Part shown: piece after piece, positions 1-14,384 of the stretch
Layout: each line of letters starts with the position of its first letter
Numbering within the stretch: position 1 is the stretch's first letter
Assembly (NCBI GenBank): GCA_963924565.1
Contig: OZ004607.1
Location: 30,070,001 to 30,134,000 of the forward strand
Reading direction: 5' to 3'
DNA from: Ascidiella aspersa
Lineage: Eukaryota
Length of the DNA stretch: 64,000 nt
Translations under genes and position numbers: made by a program
The notes under the pieces: model-generated
What the model was told of the DNA's origin: nothing
The model's database searches: none
The model's input: only the letters and a program-made list of their open reading frames with translations

Positions 1-380
1 GACCTGCTAACAAAATAAAACTACAAAATGTGTTTTGGATGTTGTTGCGGAAAGTGCACAACTTTGTGTGAAAGCAATTTTTTGTCCTTGAAATGCTTTA
101 GAATAGCTACTTGTGGCCATGTAAAGAAAGCATATTAAAAATGTCCGTTTGATCTTTTTCGCTCATTTGAAATGTAATTGTTTTATATTCAATTTCAATG
201 TTCATGTGAGTTGCAAAAAAAAGAAACAAATTTATCTCAGCGCAGCTAAAAAGTAGTTTTTTACCACGAACATCTCGATCTAAATAAGTTTCCACAGCTG
301 AGAAAATTTGTTGCTTTTAAGGTGGCATTGTTCGGTTCAACGTACGTGTGTGAGCAATATTGTTGTGGTAGTCACTAACA

Positions 381-851
381 CAGTGGTAGGCCAACTGTGG
401 GCCGCGAGTTATTTTTCAAAAGCTTGGTCTTATCATGTACCGTAGTTGTTGGCTGCATGATAGCCGTACATTCATTGCACTTTATTTTAACAATTGGTGT
501 GGCATATAATGTTTTAAATTGGCTCAGATTGGAAAGACCCAGCACGTACCAAATGTGGTCTGGTAAGCCTGTAAAACTATACATTTTGCCAACTTTAACT
601 CTAGGTAAACGCAAATTTTTCGCGCTTCGCGCGTATATTCCTTTTTATATAATGTTTTATCCCGCTGAATCCGCCACTGTTTTTGTAGTGGTTTTACGTA
701 GAGGGCCTTTAAGTAGCTCTGAAAAGACTACTTTAGGCCGCAACAAAAAGTCTACTGCACTAACATGTAGACGACGAGATATGCAAGTGGCCCGTGGTCT
801 AATCCGAATACACATATTTGGCCCGGCAGTATGAAAGGTTGCACGCCCCTG
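381..851. mobile_element. hAT-type MITE (composite), related to 37418-37724
   Basis: CAGTGGTAGGCCAAC...GTTGCACGCCCCTG ends; internal sequence is the reverse complement of 37440-37700. Confidence 0.65.
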
Positions 852-1489
852 TACTTGTGGATTCGGAAATACCTTTTCCTACGATTCCAATGAAGCCTTT
901 CTCGTACGGATCGGCTTAGTACTATTTAATTAACAGCCTTAATTCAAAACCAGCTGTTAAACATAATATCTCAGTCAATATGCGTGGCAAAAGTCTTTTA
1001 CACTTTGGATGTACCAGACAAGTGTAATTGTTGCAAAACAATTCTTTATCGTAACATCGTGACACAAGTAAAACTTTTATGAAGATTGTTTTGTAATAGA
1101 TGCTTCCCATTCCAGTTCAACTGCATAAGTGTAGCGGTGTAGCCTATAGGTTACTTCGCACTTCAAACACGAAACTGATAAGTCCCATCATATTGCACAC
1201 TCATAGCCTTATTTAGGAAAAAATAGCTGGAAGAAGGTGAAGGGCCGCACAAAATATTGAAAGGGCCGCATGCGGCCCGCGGGCAGCACGTTTCCCACCC
1301 CTGCTTTAGAGTAAGCTACATACGAAATGTTAGCAAAGATCATTAAGGACTAAATATACCTGTTATTAAAAGCATTCAAACTTTCCTTGTACCAACATAC
1401 GTGTTGACAATATTTAAGCCATTGTCCATAAAACAAAAATGATACATAATAAGGTTTGTTTCCAAATATTGTTTTACTTGCTGCTTCAG

Positions 1490-4406
1490 GTTCGGTCTGG
1501 GAAAAAGAGGAATGGAAGACAGGATTTTAGAAGAAGCTGATTGCCTTTGTGAAGAAATCCGAAAGCAACAAGCAAAGCCATTTTCTATTACAGTAAGTAA
1601 AGCTATAAACAACGATAAAAACGAACACCTCTAATTGTTATTTAATTTCAGACTTTAATGGCGTATACTGTTTCGAACGTTATCTGTGGAGTCGTCTTTG
1701 GCAGACGATTCAAATACGACGATCAATGGCTTGGAAAATTAATCGTAATACTTGACAAGTGGTAAGGTTCAGTTTAAAACAAGGTTAAGCATATTGCATA
1801 TCGCCTTTTCCCTGGTCAATTGTACCTAGCTTATATCGATACATAATAAATTATTTATTTATATCTTACAAAAAGTGTAGCGCTGTAACCTCACTGTTAA
1901 ATTACATAAATTATGCAAGTATGCAACAGCCAATGTTTATCTACGATTACGCATATTTCGATACACAGCAGATTTTATCAATAGTTTGTATTTGCAGTTA
2001 ACCCCTTTTGTGCCAAATCGTCTTAAAGTAAAATTATTCGTTTTTCTTTTCAATTGTATATTCTTGTTTTTATTAAATTCGTTCAACGTTGTACATTAAC
2101 TCAACCGGTAAACTCCATCAATAAATATCAAATTAAAGCTATGTTATACAGTTATATTTAACGGTATAGTAAATTCCGTAGTGTTTCTGCATTAGACGAA
2201 TAAAGAATTGTACTCAAAACAAAACAAAACACGAATAAGTTCCAGGCGTAATAGCTAAATTGTTATATTCTTACCTAGAGTTGGCCGACAATAATTCGAA
2301 TGATGGGGTTTGTATTGATAGGCCTACATCACAAAAAGATTGGCTTTTTTAATTTTTCAACTTGTTTGTACTTCACACTTCTCAAACAACTTTTATCGCA
2401 AAGTCTGTAAAAACAGGTTTGCAAGCCCTCGAGGAACCAAGTATTTTACTGTCCTAATGTTTGCTCCTTGGCTTGGGAAACTTCCGCCATTTTCTACTGT
2501 TCTTAACGAATTGATCACGGACATACAAATAATACTCGGTTGGTAATTAAAGTATATTGTTTCTTTTTTTAATGAAAATTACATTTCCTTACTCAACACA
2601 GAAACCTGTTGTAGCTGGAAGATTTAAATTACGTCAAGCTGTAAATACAGATCTTATTTATTCCAGAGTCTAAACAAAATATATGTTGCAGATGGGTTTG
2701 ATAAACTGATACAGGAGCATGAGGAATCTTTTGATCCAGAAAATGTCCGTGACTTTATTGACGCATTCCTGGTGGAAATGAAGAAGGGAACAGAAACATT
2801 TGCTGTATGTAACACGTGAAAACATTAGCCTTAAAAATAACAAATCAATCTTCTGTTTTTACAATGGAAAATACCGCGAATTCTGATTGAAACCAAAGTC
2901 GGCGGCTAACCATTAAGGAATTTTAGCAGTCTCGATATAGACAACCATTGTCAGCCTGTATCTGGAACGTTTTTCAGAATGAGGATATTTTACGCCAGGG
3001 CCAGGTTTTCAATTCGATCCCCGTTTAAGCATTGATCTCTATTGCTCAACGTTCCGGTAAATGTTAACCCTATTGTAACAGAAACTGCAACTCGTTCACT
3101 ACGTGCGCGATCTATTTGAGGCCGGAACCGAGACCACTTCGAGCACAATGCGATGGTTACTGCTCTGCCTTATGCACTTCCCACGGATCCAAGAGAAATT
3201 ATATGAGGAGATTATCGACGTTATGGGTAGGTTTTTGTTTTATTCCATAGAAAACAAACTGCACAAATTAACAATGTTGTAAACAAGTCACTTCGAAATG
3301 ACTTAAATCCCAGTCTAGTCGTTTGTGAAAAACTTGAGTCCAAGTCAAGTCATTTTTGAATAAGGCGCTGGCCTGGAATCGTGTCATTGCCTAAGTCATT
3401 ACAATGCTGCACATCAGTTTACAGTTTACACGCTCTTACAAGCAGTATTGCAATGACACACATGTTCCTAGGGCTTATGTGTTTTCTCCTTGGACTAAAA
3501 AGTTGGTCTAAGTACCGTTTCTTATTTAATCAACCATTCGAAAGGGTTGTACTTAAGTGCGTTATCTTTTTAGGCGATGAGGGACGTCCAGCATATTCGA
3601 TGAAGCAGCAGATGCCTTACTGTAGCGCATTTATCCAAGAGGTTGAACGATTTTGCACTTTAGTGCCCATGAGTTTACCACATTGCACTTCAGAAGACGC
3701 TGAAATATATGGTTACAAGATAAAAAAGGGAACGACCGTAAGACAAGTCTTAAAATAATTAGGCTACTCTGTAGTATTCTACCAAATACAAACGAGATTT
3801 AACGAAAATTTTCACAATTTGTTCAAAGTCTTCTATAAACAATTAAGCCCCGATAATGAAAATAAGCCGATTCGGCATAAACATTTTAACTGTTTTTATT
3901 ACATACAAGCATTGATTCGATTAATTCAAAAGTCTAAGAGGAACATCAATCTGGAGTTTGGTGATCACATTTGCTTGGCTTTACATATTTAAAATAGTAA
4001 AAGCAGGAATGCATAGTTTAAAAAATGATAACCATTAAACGTCTGTTAGTATTGCTTTCCGCGCTATTCTTAAATTGTTTTGACGCAGGTAATTCCAAAC
4101 ATTTGGGCTGTCCACAACGACCCAAACCTGTTCGACCAACCTGACAAGTTCGACCCGGGCCGACACATCGACGAGAAAGGCAACTTTGTCAAGTCCAAAT
4201 ATATAATTCCCTTCTCGGTGGGTCCCCGCTATTGCCTCGGCGAGCAGCTGGCAAAGATGGAGCTCTTTCTCTTTCTCACTTCCATGGTGCAGAGGTTCAA
4301 GTTCGAGGCCAAACCTGGCAAAATGCCGAATATTGAAGACGGTTCTGACGGCACAATCTTCGCACCGAAGGATTACGAGCTGGTTGCAGTTGAAAGAAAA
4401 TTGTAA
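1490..4406 (+). CDS. Cytochrome P450, CYP2 clan (CYP-A); exons 3-9 only, exons 1-2 not in window
   Basis: Exons 1490-1592, 1652-1761, 2417-2538, 2692-2804, 3082-3226, 3574-3737, 4089-4406, all GT-AG and in frame. Motifs RDFIDAFL, I-helix AGTETT, K-helix EVER, heme FSVGPRYCLG. Confidence 0.93.
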
Positions 4407-6786
4407 AAACTTTCGCCGTAATAAGAATCGATCTTATGGTTTTAGGCCCCAGAGGTTTTCTTTCCTTGCATAGTTGCGCTTAACTTGTACAAAAAGATAA
4501 CTGTAAATCAGTGGTTCTTCGGGTGAACGAACTCTACTTTAATATTTAGCTTTTTGTAGTGATTTTAATGATTTCGCTTGGTGTTATTTCTGTTTTTTGA
4601 TGCTTTACTTTTTAATTACACGTGTGGAGTTAAGTGACTGAAAACATAGTCTATGGATCTGCATTTTGCGAGCCTCGCTTCAAATCTTTAATAATTTCTC
4701 GGTTTTCAGACTATAAATTGTTACTTTTTACGACCAATTCGGGCTATGTTTAGTCAAAACAATATGGTATAGTTAAAAGTTGTGCACATGTGTGGAAACT
4801 TTGGTAAGTTGTGTACATGCGATTTAAGTTGTGCATTTCGGTTGGGCACCAATCCTTAATACCTGTACAAACTTGGGGCTTTTTGCCACTTTAACATTAA
4901 AACTGTAAAAAATTTTAGCGCTGTGCGCGAATCTTGTATTTTCTAGTTTCGTATTTTTACAAAGTTTCTGCAAGTACCATTGCTTTTTTTATCTATAATA
5001 AATACACATAACATCGAAGGTATAACGGCAGTATTTAAACTATAGTTTGACTAACTTATAGATAAACGATAAAAGTTATTTCCCATTAAAATCAAAACAT
5101 TTTTATTTTTAATTGCTAAGAAGTGCCTTAATCCGAATTTGGTTTATAAATTGAATTCAATTTGTTGTCCGACAGTGCTACTTAATATAAAGATTTATAT
5201 TCCATAATTATACTCAAGCAATACGACCGAAATTGAAATAACATTAATCTGACAATAAAACTAAACTAGGATAAAGGCCAAAATTAGATTTACCAAGCCG
5301 TAATAAGACCTTCATGTAAATAAGTCCTAAACTGCCTTGATCTGGCAGGTTTTGGTTTTATTCTTGCAAGTTTAGGCTTTCTTTCTAGGCTACCATATAT
5401 AGGATTGCGCCAATTTGATTTAGACATGTTATTGGTCGTCATACAATGACGTTATAGATAATACTCCTGCGTTGCTAGTGTTCATTTATAAGCACCCTTT
5501 AGAGCGAACCTGGGCAAAATACGGCCCGCGGGCGGAACCGGAAACGGAGCGTTGAGTCGTTAAATCCGGTCTGAAGTTTATTGTCTTTAGAACATTTTTT
5601 GGGAATTTCAGTGAAAACAAGACCAACTTTTTAAGTGTTTGTTTGTAACATTATATACACACCACCATTTCCAGGTACGGATCCCTGTAGGCTATAACCT
5701 CTCCAAAAAGTCAAACGCACAAACCTTTGGCTTAGTTTTCAACTTATTTTACCCTCACTGGACGTCATGTCAGAGAGAAAGGGTAAGAAACTTGCAACTA
5801 ATTTAACTCTTTAGTTGCGCTTTAATAAGCTCAAAAGTAAAATCCTTACAAAAATGAGATATCTTTGAATATAAAAGCATTTAATAAATAAATACATTAT
5901 CCTAGTGACTTGTCCTACGCAAATTAATAACACTATTGGAAATATGAAACCATAGGTTTTATGGCCTGTTATAAATTAACATAATATTACGAATTTGACG
6001 GCCATTTTGAAAATCTCAAGTGGCTGCTTTCCCGCAGCTGGATGGCCTAAAACATATTTTGGTGGATATATACACCCAAATGACACAAATCAGTTGAGAA
6101 ACATTTTTTTAAGATTGGTTCTGTGTGGCCTAAACAAAAGGGATACTAATTACAAAAAATATTGTTTTTAAGCTGGTTAGCAGTTTAAAGGAATGTCACA
6201 GTCACAGGATAGAAGCTATTTGGCCAAATGGTTTTGTGTTTCGTTGCCAAATCGAACATACTACTGAAAAACGCATGTACAGCATTAATGAACATGACAC
6301 AATATCCCTAAAAGATGCAGCGACCGACAAAACAATTTATTTCGTGGATTAAAAAGCGTCAGTCAAGCGTAAACAGACGTTTAACTTGTGCGGTCTGTAA
6401 GTAAAAGTGTAGCTGAAGCTTTTAGCAGACTCACTCTCGATAGACAAATTAAAAGGAGATGAAAACGACAAGTGGATTTTGGCACATGGTTACGGTTTGC
6501 CTAAGTACATACCAGCATTCTGCAAATACGGTAGAGAAATTCAGCCGCGGGCGTTCGCCTTTGTTTTAATCTAATTCGGTAAATAGCGAACCGCTTTGGC
6601 AGCATACTGTGTAGTAAAGAGTTGCCGTGATACCCTTTGCGCTGAATAACTTCCTGTGAAAGTCGCGCCTATCTTGGTAGGAACAACTAGGCAGTACTGA
6701 CTACAATATTTGTTTTTTACCATGCCCAATTGTCGCTTAGCTGTTTTTAGACGTAAGATTTTAATAAAGACTTACGTACAGTTGAA

Positions 6787-9700
6787 ATGTTAGAAGCGAT
6801 ACCTCTTCCTGCTGTTTCCCTGACAATAGTATGTCTGTTGATGCTTTACTGGTACAAGAGACCGAAAGGGTCACCCCCTGGGCCGAGGGGCATTCCCTTT
6901 CTGGGGGTCATTCCTTTTGTAGGAAGAAAACCCGAGCGCAAGTTCAGAAACTGGTCGAAGCAATATGGTCCAGTGATGTCGGTTCGCATGGGTCGTGATG
7001 ATTGGGTTACTCTTAACGACTTTGACAGCATCACAGAGGTACGATATGTTTTACGAGAATTTGTTTTTGGTATACCTTATAACAGGATTTTCCGAAGCCC
7101 ACATTATTATTTGAGCATCATTATTTATGCCCCGAGTACCGCGATTATTTTTTTTCCTATGCCTAATATTGAGGAACGATACACACATATAGTCATATGT
7201 GCTTAACAACTGTGATTACGCCCCTCCGAAGCTGCTTTTTTGTTTTTCGACTCGCCCCTTCTGAGCCTTAGTAGTTCAGTTGGTGGAACGACGGTCCCAG
7301 CATGGCCGGATGTCGTAAGTTCGAACCTTACTTAGATTCTGTTTGTCTGCGCTGGCTTTCGTTGTACTAACTAATGAAGGTCTTTATCAAAGATAAGTAG
7401 TCAATTAACAGCAAATATAAATATTTTTTTATTGAATAAATATTTTTTTATCAATCATCAGGTGGGGATCTAGGGGTTGTAAGATTGCCATGTAACACTT
7501 TCGAGAAACGGCACAGCAGTTCGTCCTATGGCACTCTTTTTCTAAAATGACTGTTTGCGAACTTCTAATATATATATATATATATATACAGTGGTGGGAT
7601 TCAGCCAGTTCGCACCGGTTCTATAGAACGTCTCGCGGAATTTTATGAGATCAGCGAAGTTTGTCTAAAAATGTAATTGTTGCGTCATAAGTAGGCTATA
7701 AGTCACGATGAGACCAGTGCTCTCACTTTTAGGGATTTAGTTGGTTGGTTCTTAGTTCCAAATTGGAACTTTAAGCCCCTTTTAGGGACAAATCTGTGGA
7801 TTTTGATGATCTAGGGATTTTTTGGGGATTCATCGCCATATTTTTGCAAATTGTTTGTATAATTTGTTAACTAGTAAATGTTTACCGAATTGCAGTTTTG
7901 AAAAAAAAAACAGGTTCAGAATATGCTAGCCTAGCCTACTTGTTTCTGTTCATCTGGAAGTTATGATTTTGTTGATTGTTGCGCTATTGGACGTTATGCA
8001 TCATACTACTAGCTTAGCTAATTTTTGTTCTTAATGTGGTCAGGTGAAAGATATAATTTTAATTAAAATGGCACCAGGTGGTGAAGTATGTCAGCACATT
8101 GCTGCTCAAATAAGTAGCTGGACATAATGGACAATAGTAGTCTTGACTAGACCTATAGGCTACACCAGGGTGGTCCAAACCCAGGCCCGCAACATCATTG
8201 TTCGTGGCCGCGAAGCAATGCTGAATTTATTGCATGTTATTGCAATTATTGCATGCGCACCGTTGAGAGTTGAATCAAAGAACTAAGTGGCCAACGGACA
8301 GTAAGCGTATACTGCAATTGTTTGAGTATAATTACATTTTTCCGGTTATAAACCAGTTTTTACGCGATGAAATTTTTGTAATTTGGCGATTGTGTAGTTT
8401 GCAACACCTCATTTTAGTAAGGTACGCATGGTTTCCGCAAATATTCTACGCTTATAAAACGCAGTCATCTAAATAAGTTTTGTCAAATACGCAAATTTTT
8501 CGCGCTTCGCGCGCAACAAGTTGGACGATAGGAGCAAGTTTCTGGAGCCTATATGTATTTGACGATGCTGTGTGACGTCATTTTAACCATTTTATGCCCC
8601 GACCAAACGAAAATTATTGATCCGCCCCTGGCACGCATGTAGCACTTTATGCGGCCCGCAAAGAATATGCAAGAAATATTGTGGCCCACGATGCTGTCAA
8701 ACTTGGACCACGCTGGGCTACACAATGCAGTTATTTAAAAAATATGTGAAAATCTACAGCTCGCTTTTAGCATGTAAACAAGGTTAATTGGTTTCTCATT
8801 TGTATATATATATATGTACCCCTACTAGCCATTTTGAGGTAATGTGATCACATAGCATAACGCGCTAATTATGTTTTAGGGATTTTTCATGCCATCTAGG
8901 GATTTTTTAATATAGCTTTAGGGATTTTCTGGTTTTCATTTGTGAGAGCCCTGGATGAGACGAATGCTGCTTTTTATTAGGGTGGCTGTTAGCTGTGATG
9001 GGATTCAGTCGGTTCTCAGTTTGCAACATTCGCTGAAACCTTGGGTTGCATCCTGTTCTCGCAACTAATTTAACTATTTCCCGCAAAATATGACTTTTTG
9101 TAACAGAACCGGCTAAAATATATAGCTTTTGGTGATAGAACCGGCTGACAAAAAATTTGAATCCCACCACTGTAAATATAGGTTTTTACCGGCAACGCGC
9201 AAACATTTTCTGTATTTGAAATTATAGAGGTAACATAGAAAGTAGTATTTCTACACGTTTTATATTTGACTTTATAGGCTAGCAGTCGCTAGCTCCATGA
9301 GTTTTTCCGAACTGCAATTTCAGCCAAATAAATCCTGACGCATTTTTGCGCAAATCAACAACGTCTTTGTTATTTTGTCATTGTGGCGTAGGCAACTTTT
9401 CAACTTATAATTTTTAGAAGGTAAATGCACTTTTTGTCTACACAAAAGTATAAATAGTGCATATACACAAAGGGTAAATATTTAATTTTATGATATAAAG
9501 TTCTAAACACTGCCATTTTTTATTACACTCCGTTAACCGATGCAATGTAGAAATTTGTTTTATTGTGTTTCTCCGTTTGATCGTGCTTTAATTTTCTTAT
9601 TTTGTCATGACATTTTTAAAACACATAGGCCCTGGTAAAACATGGTCATCTATTTTCGGGAAGGCCCCAGTATGACGTTCTCGATACGATTTCCCAAGGT

Positions 9701-12700
9701 CACGGAATAGCTTTTACGCCGTACAGTAAACTTTGGAAGGATCAGAGGAAATTTGGGCTGATGACTCTTCGCGGGTAAGTCGTTGACCAAACATTCCACT
9801 TATAGTATTCCACACTTTTTAAAGGTAACTAATTTTGCAGTAGAATGCATATCTGTATTATTCAGAGTTGTTTAATCAACGACTAACATAAACGAGTAAA
9901 GAATATGTTTAGGTACTGTATACTCTCTTTTCGTTATTTATTTAGGTTCGGTTTCGGTAAAAAGGGAATGGAAGACAGGATTATGGAAGAAGCCGATTGC
10001 CTTTGTAATGAAATTCGAAAACAGCAAGGAAAGCCATTTTCAATCAAAGTAAGTAACGTATTTTACAAACTTAAGTAAAATCACTATTACTCTTCCTATT
10101 GAACTACAGGCTTTAATGACATACACTGTTTCGAACGTTATTTGTGGAGTTGTCTTTGGCAGAAGATTCAAATACGACGATCAATGGCTTGGAACACTAA
10201 TCGAAATTCTTGACAAATGGTAGGGTGCCACTGTTTTGATAGGAATATTATCGACAATGTCAAAAAGCAACTAAATGTCACACAAAGTTTAGTTGTTTAG
10301 CTTAAAGGAAATTTGGTAAAAGTTATAACTTTCATGCAAGTCAATGCATTCGCCAACCAATGATGGTTGACAAATTTCCTGAAATCGATATACTAAATAA
10401 ATTTTAGTAATATGGTTGCTTTTTAGCAGTTTAGCCTACAGCCTGAATCCATTTACCGTTAATAAGTCTTTTCTTAAGTTGTTTACTTTGTTTTGACTAG
10501 AAATACCATGACACTCTAAACTTAACCTGCAACCTTGGTGCAACCATTGTAAAATGCCCATAGACATCTACTGTATTGTCAGGAGACTACATGCTTTAAA
10601 TTAAACAGTGATTTTTTATACTCAAAAGGAAAACAACCAACGGTCATGCAAAAACGCTAAACGTTAGCTTTTTATTCAATTTAAAATTATTTATTGAAGT
10701 ATTTTTATCTTTATTAAAGGTTTTAAATTATAATCGTCTTATTCATTCGTCGTTGCAACGGTGCTGCTTAGTAACGTGGTGTGCCTTTTTTATACCCTGC
10801 GGAATCAGTTAAAATAACTCGTGTCCAACTCCCGAGTCCGACTCCGGTTAGTTGTGCGATTCGGTCGATTAACGAATCGGGCTCCGACTCTACAGCATGT
10901 ATTTCAACAATTTTCGGAACTAAATTAAGGTGGATTGTTAGCAATCCCCTCATAAGAGTATCATAAAATTTATCCACTCACAATACATGGTGGGAAAATA
11001 TCCAACATTTGCTATTACACCTTTACAATATACAGTTGGAGGCAATGTCAGGTATAAAATTTGGTACTAAGCGTGTCGGACTCAGGGCTCGGAGAGTTTT
11101 ACGTGGTCTTACTCGAGTCCCGAGTCCCCAGTCCGACTTTGACCCCGACTCCGACTCTACAGCCCTGCTTTATATTAACAATTTACACAGGTTTACCAGT
11201 CCTGAAGGATCCAAGAATTTCTCTGCCCTAATGTTCGCTCCCTGGCTTGTTAAGCTTCCACATTTTGCAAATGTTTTGAAGAACCTGATGTCAGACATAA
11301 AAATAATGCTTGGTTAGTCATCTAAAAATTCATAAAGTACATATCACCTATGCCTGTGTATGTAACCTATGTGTCAGTTTTGCTAAACTTTCCGGGCCGC
11401 ATGGGATAGTTTTAACCCCACGGGCCGCACCAACAAAACTATGAAACCAAAATTGCCATATAGTAACTATTGTATTGTATCTACAGTGTGCCCAATTTAC
11501 AGCGTAAACACGGCACTGGCACAAATACCGCATATTTAAATGTATTTGATTTTCTCTGAATAAATTTACATGAGTGTATTGAAAACGCCTACCTATGTCC
11601 TATTTAAGAGTGTATTTCAAAAACACACCTAGTTTAGGAATTCTCGCTCTTAAACAGGCAAAATGGCTAAGCTTGTAATAAGTTAGGTTGAAATTTCTAG
11701 TTGAAAAATAACACGCGAAGACGGTGAAAAACTACGCAAATATAACTCTAAAAATATTTTGTTGTGAAAAGGTCTCGAGTCGTACGAAATATCCTGTGAG
11801 CCGCATATTTGACAGCCCAGCTATAGGATGCTGATATATACCAAAGTTGTGAGCCATTGGGCTAATTGTTGTGCCATGCAACACCCGTTGCGAGTAGAAA
11901 AATTAACACGCATAATCTTCGTACTATACACAAATACTAAATATTCAATTCAATCTGGACCACGCCGGACTGTTTCTCTAGAATTTTTTTGAAATTGAAA
12001 CGCCTTTCTTTCAGATGGTTTTGCTAAACTGGTTGAAGAACACGAAGAAAGTTGGGACCCGGAAAATGTCCGCGACTTTATCGACGCGTTTCTTGTAGAA
12101 ATGAAAAAGAAAACAGATACCTTTACAGTATGTGATGTCCTAATGGTTTGTTTCAACGCTTTATAATCGGCAACGATTGTCGATCTTGGTTAAAACTGCG
12201 GGATGCGCCCCCTCAAATTGTATTTCATGTCCCTTTAACCCATGCCTAAATGAAAAAGTCGAATCTTTTATAGTGATGGTTCTAGTATGTCCAATTGTTT
12301 AGGTCGATTTATCCCAAAGCGTCTAATCCCATTCGAAAATGAACTTCAAATCATACAAAGGGTTTTTAAAGCTTCGATTCTTCGAGTTTATCGTAATTTT
12401 AATATAAACCATACATCACGTTATGGCGTAACTTGTGTCGTCACGTTATGAAGTTACTTTGTGACGTCATCTATCTGTTATTCTTAAGTCCCCCCCAAAC
12501 TAAAATCTTGGATCCGCCTCTGCTGGTCACCTAAAATATAATTAATGTCACATCAACTTATAATGCTGCACGAAAGTTTTTGATCATTACAGGTCATTTC
12601 TAAGGACATTTACTATCCAGCACGCAATTAGGAATATCACAAAAGTGGCAACTATATAATAATGTTTTATTCAACCACAGGGGCAATGCTACATACGATC

Positions 12701-14384
12701 GATACAGGCAGGCCATATGAGTTCAAAAAACTGAGGCAGTTGTGGAGTATACTTTTATGCCAGGCCATAGGCGCTGAACGTGGGTGTACAAAGCGTTTTC
12801 GACACCCTGGATTTATTGCAGGGCGTCAAAAAGCCCTAAAATTTGGCCAAGTAAAATCGGCATAATCAAAAAAATCCGCGATCGCTTCGCTCGCTCCATC
12901 TGCATGTTTCTCGTGGCGGATAAATACTTCTCAAAAGTAGATTGGCAGGCTACTAACCTTCGCCCTTCGTCATTTTAAAACCGGACCAAGCACGCATTAG
13001 CTTTTTGCGTACAATTTATTCTGACGAAATTACGCGTTGTTTTAAAACTAATATACGAAAATGCAAAATCGGTTTTGCCCTGGTTCAAAAAAACGCTCTG
13101 GGATTTTGAAAGTTCGTCGCGCGCCTATGTGTCAGGCCATATATAATACCGGTGTAATTAGGCAAATAATTTTTTATTGGACGAGGTTACCGCATTAACT
13201 TACGATATTGTTTTAACAGAAACTGCAGCTCCTTCAATACGTTCGGGATCTGTTTAACGGTGGCACTGAGACAACTTCGAGCACAATGCGCTGGGCGTTT
13301 CTTTGTCTTCTTCATTATCCACAGATGCAAGAGAAATTATACGAGGAGGTTATCAACGTGATAGGTATGCTGTTTGCATTGAAATAAATCGAAGAGCTGT
13401 ACACATCTTTACGCTTCGCTGTATAGCCTATATTTAATTTATGTTTGGTTAATAAATCGCATGGGTGGGTTATATATAAAAACCACACTTTTAGTGTTGG
13501 TCAGTAAACTTTGAAAAATAAAATATAGTATTTTTTGAAAAAATATAAATTGTTTTAATTTTATCTCTGTTAATTTATATAAAATCTGTTAATTTATACC
13601 AAAATTTTTTTTATGTGCCTTGCTTTAATAAAATATTGTTTTTTTTAATTAACACTTCGGCATAAGGCACTTAAATGTGTTATAATTTAAGGTGAAGAAG
13701 GCCGACCTACATTCTCTATGAAAGAAGATATGCCTTACTGCAGGGCATTTATCCACGAGGTTGAACGGTTCCGCACACTAGTGCCCATGAGTTTACCACA
13801 TTGCACTTCAGAAGACGCTGAAATATACGGCTACAAGATAAAGAAGGGAACGACGGTAAGATTTAGTTTACAAAACTTTATAAAACTAACGACCTGGAGG
13901 AGAAAATCAATTGTTAGATTATTCTTGTGGGATTTTGTAATTTGAATTCTAATGACAAAATCTGCTAAATGTTACGTGTGCGTAAATAACTCCATCAGAA
14001 ATTGCGACAATTATGCTTAATGGCATTTTGGTTAGTTGTTTCTCATAATTTCGTTTTATTTTAACGCAGATTGTGCCCAACATTTGGGCTGTTCACAACG
14101 ACCCGAACATGTTCGACCAACCTGACAAGTTCGACCCGGGCCGACACATCGACGAGAAGGGCAACTTCGTCAAGTCAAAATACGTGATTCCCTTCTCGGT
14201 GGGTCCCCGCTATTGCCTCGGCGAGCAGCTGGCAAAAATGGAGCTCTTTCTCTTTCTCACTTCCATGGTTCAGAGGTTCAAGTTCGAAGCCAAACCTGGG
14301 GAAATGCCGAACATTGAAGACGGTTCTGACGGTGCTGCCTTCATACCAAACGATTACGAGCTGGTTGCGATCGAAAGAAAATAG
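6787..14384 (+). CDS. Cytochrome P450, CYP2 clan (CYP-B); complete, 9 exons, ~489 aa
   Basis: Exons 6787-7038, 9629-9774, 9946-10048, 10110-10219, 11191-11312, 12015-12127, 13220-13364, 13692-13855, 14070-14384 (1470 nt). N-terminal TM anchor and PPGP hinge, WKDQRKF, DLFNGGTETT, EVER, FSVGPRYCLG. Confidence 0.95.
7268..7335 (+). mobile_element. tRNA-derived (SINE-head-like) segment
   Basis: A-box-like TAGTTCAGTTGGT and B-box GTTCGAACC at tRNA-like spacing, but no clean cloverleaf. Confidence 0.5.
7715..8953. mobile_element. hAT-like MITE nested in 7589-9172
   Basis: TIR CAG(T/G)GCTCTCAC; perfect TSD GATGAGAC; internal TAGGGATTT repeats. Confidence 0.85.
8166..8715. mobile_element. hAT-like MITE, third nesting level
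   Basis: TIR CAG(G/C)GTGGTCCAA; perfect TSD GGCTACAC. Confidence 0.85.
10797..11167. mobile_element. GGAGTC-repeat MITE in CYP-B intron 4
   Basis: Reverse-orientation homolog of 19707-20041, ending CCGACTCTACAGCCCTG. Confidence 0.7.

Larger units (their letters stand above)
7589..9172. mobile_element. hAT-like non-autonomous element in CYP-B intron 1 (outer element of nest)
   Basis: TIR CAGTGGTGGGATTCA / TGAATCCCACCACTG; flanks TATATATA / TAAATATA. Confidence 0.85.

Noticed and set aside
397-834. 145-aa ORF and similar short ORFs (42948-43160, 45166-45444, 40948-41178)
   Set aside because: They lie within MITEs or repeats, several begin at non-ATG codons, and they show no recognisable domain.
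1-1489. CYP-A as a second headless gene
   Set aside because: Only 1.5 kb of MITE-rich upstream sequence is visible, so exons 1-2 may lie outside the window.
7268-7335. Functional tRNA gene
   Set aside because: A and B boxes are present but acceptor and anticodon stems do not pair convincingly; kept only as SINE-like.
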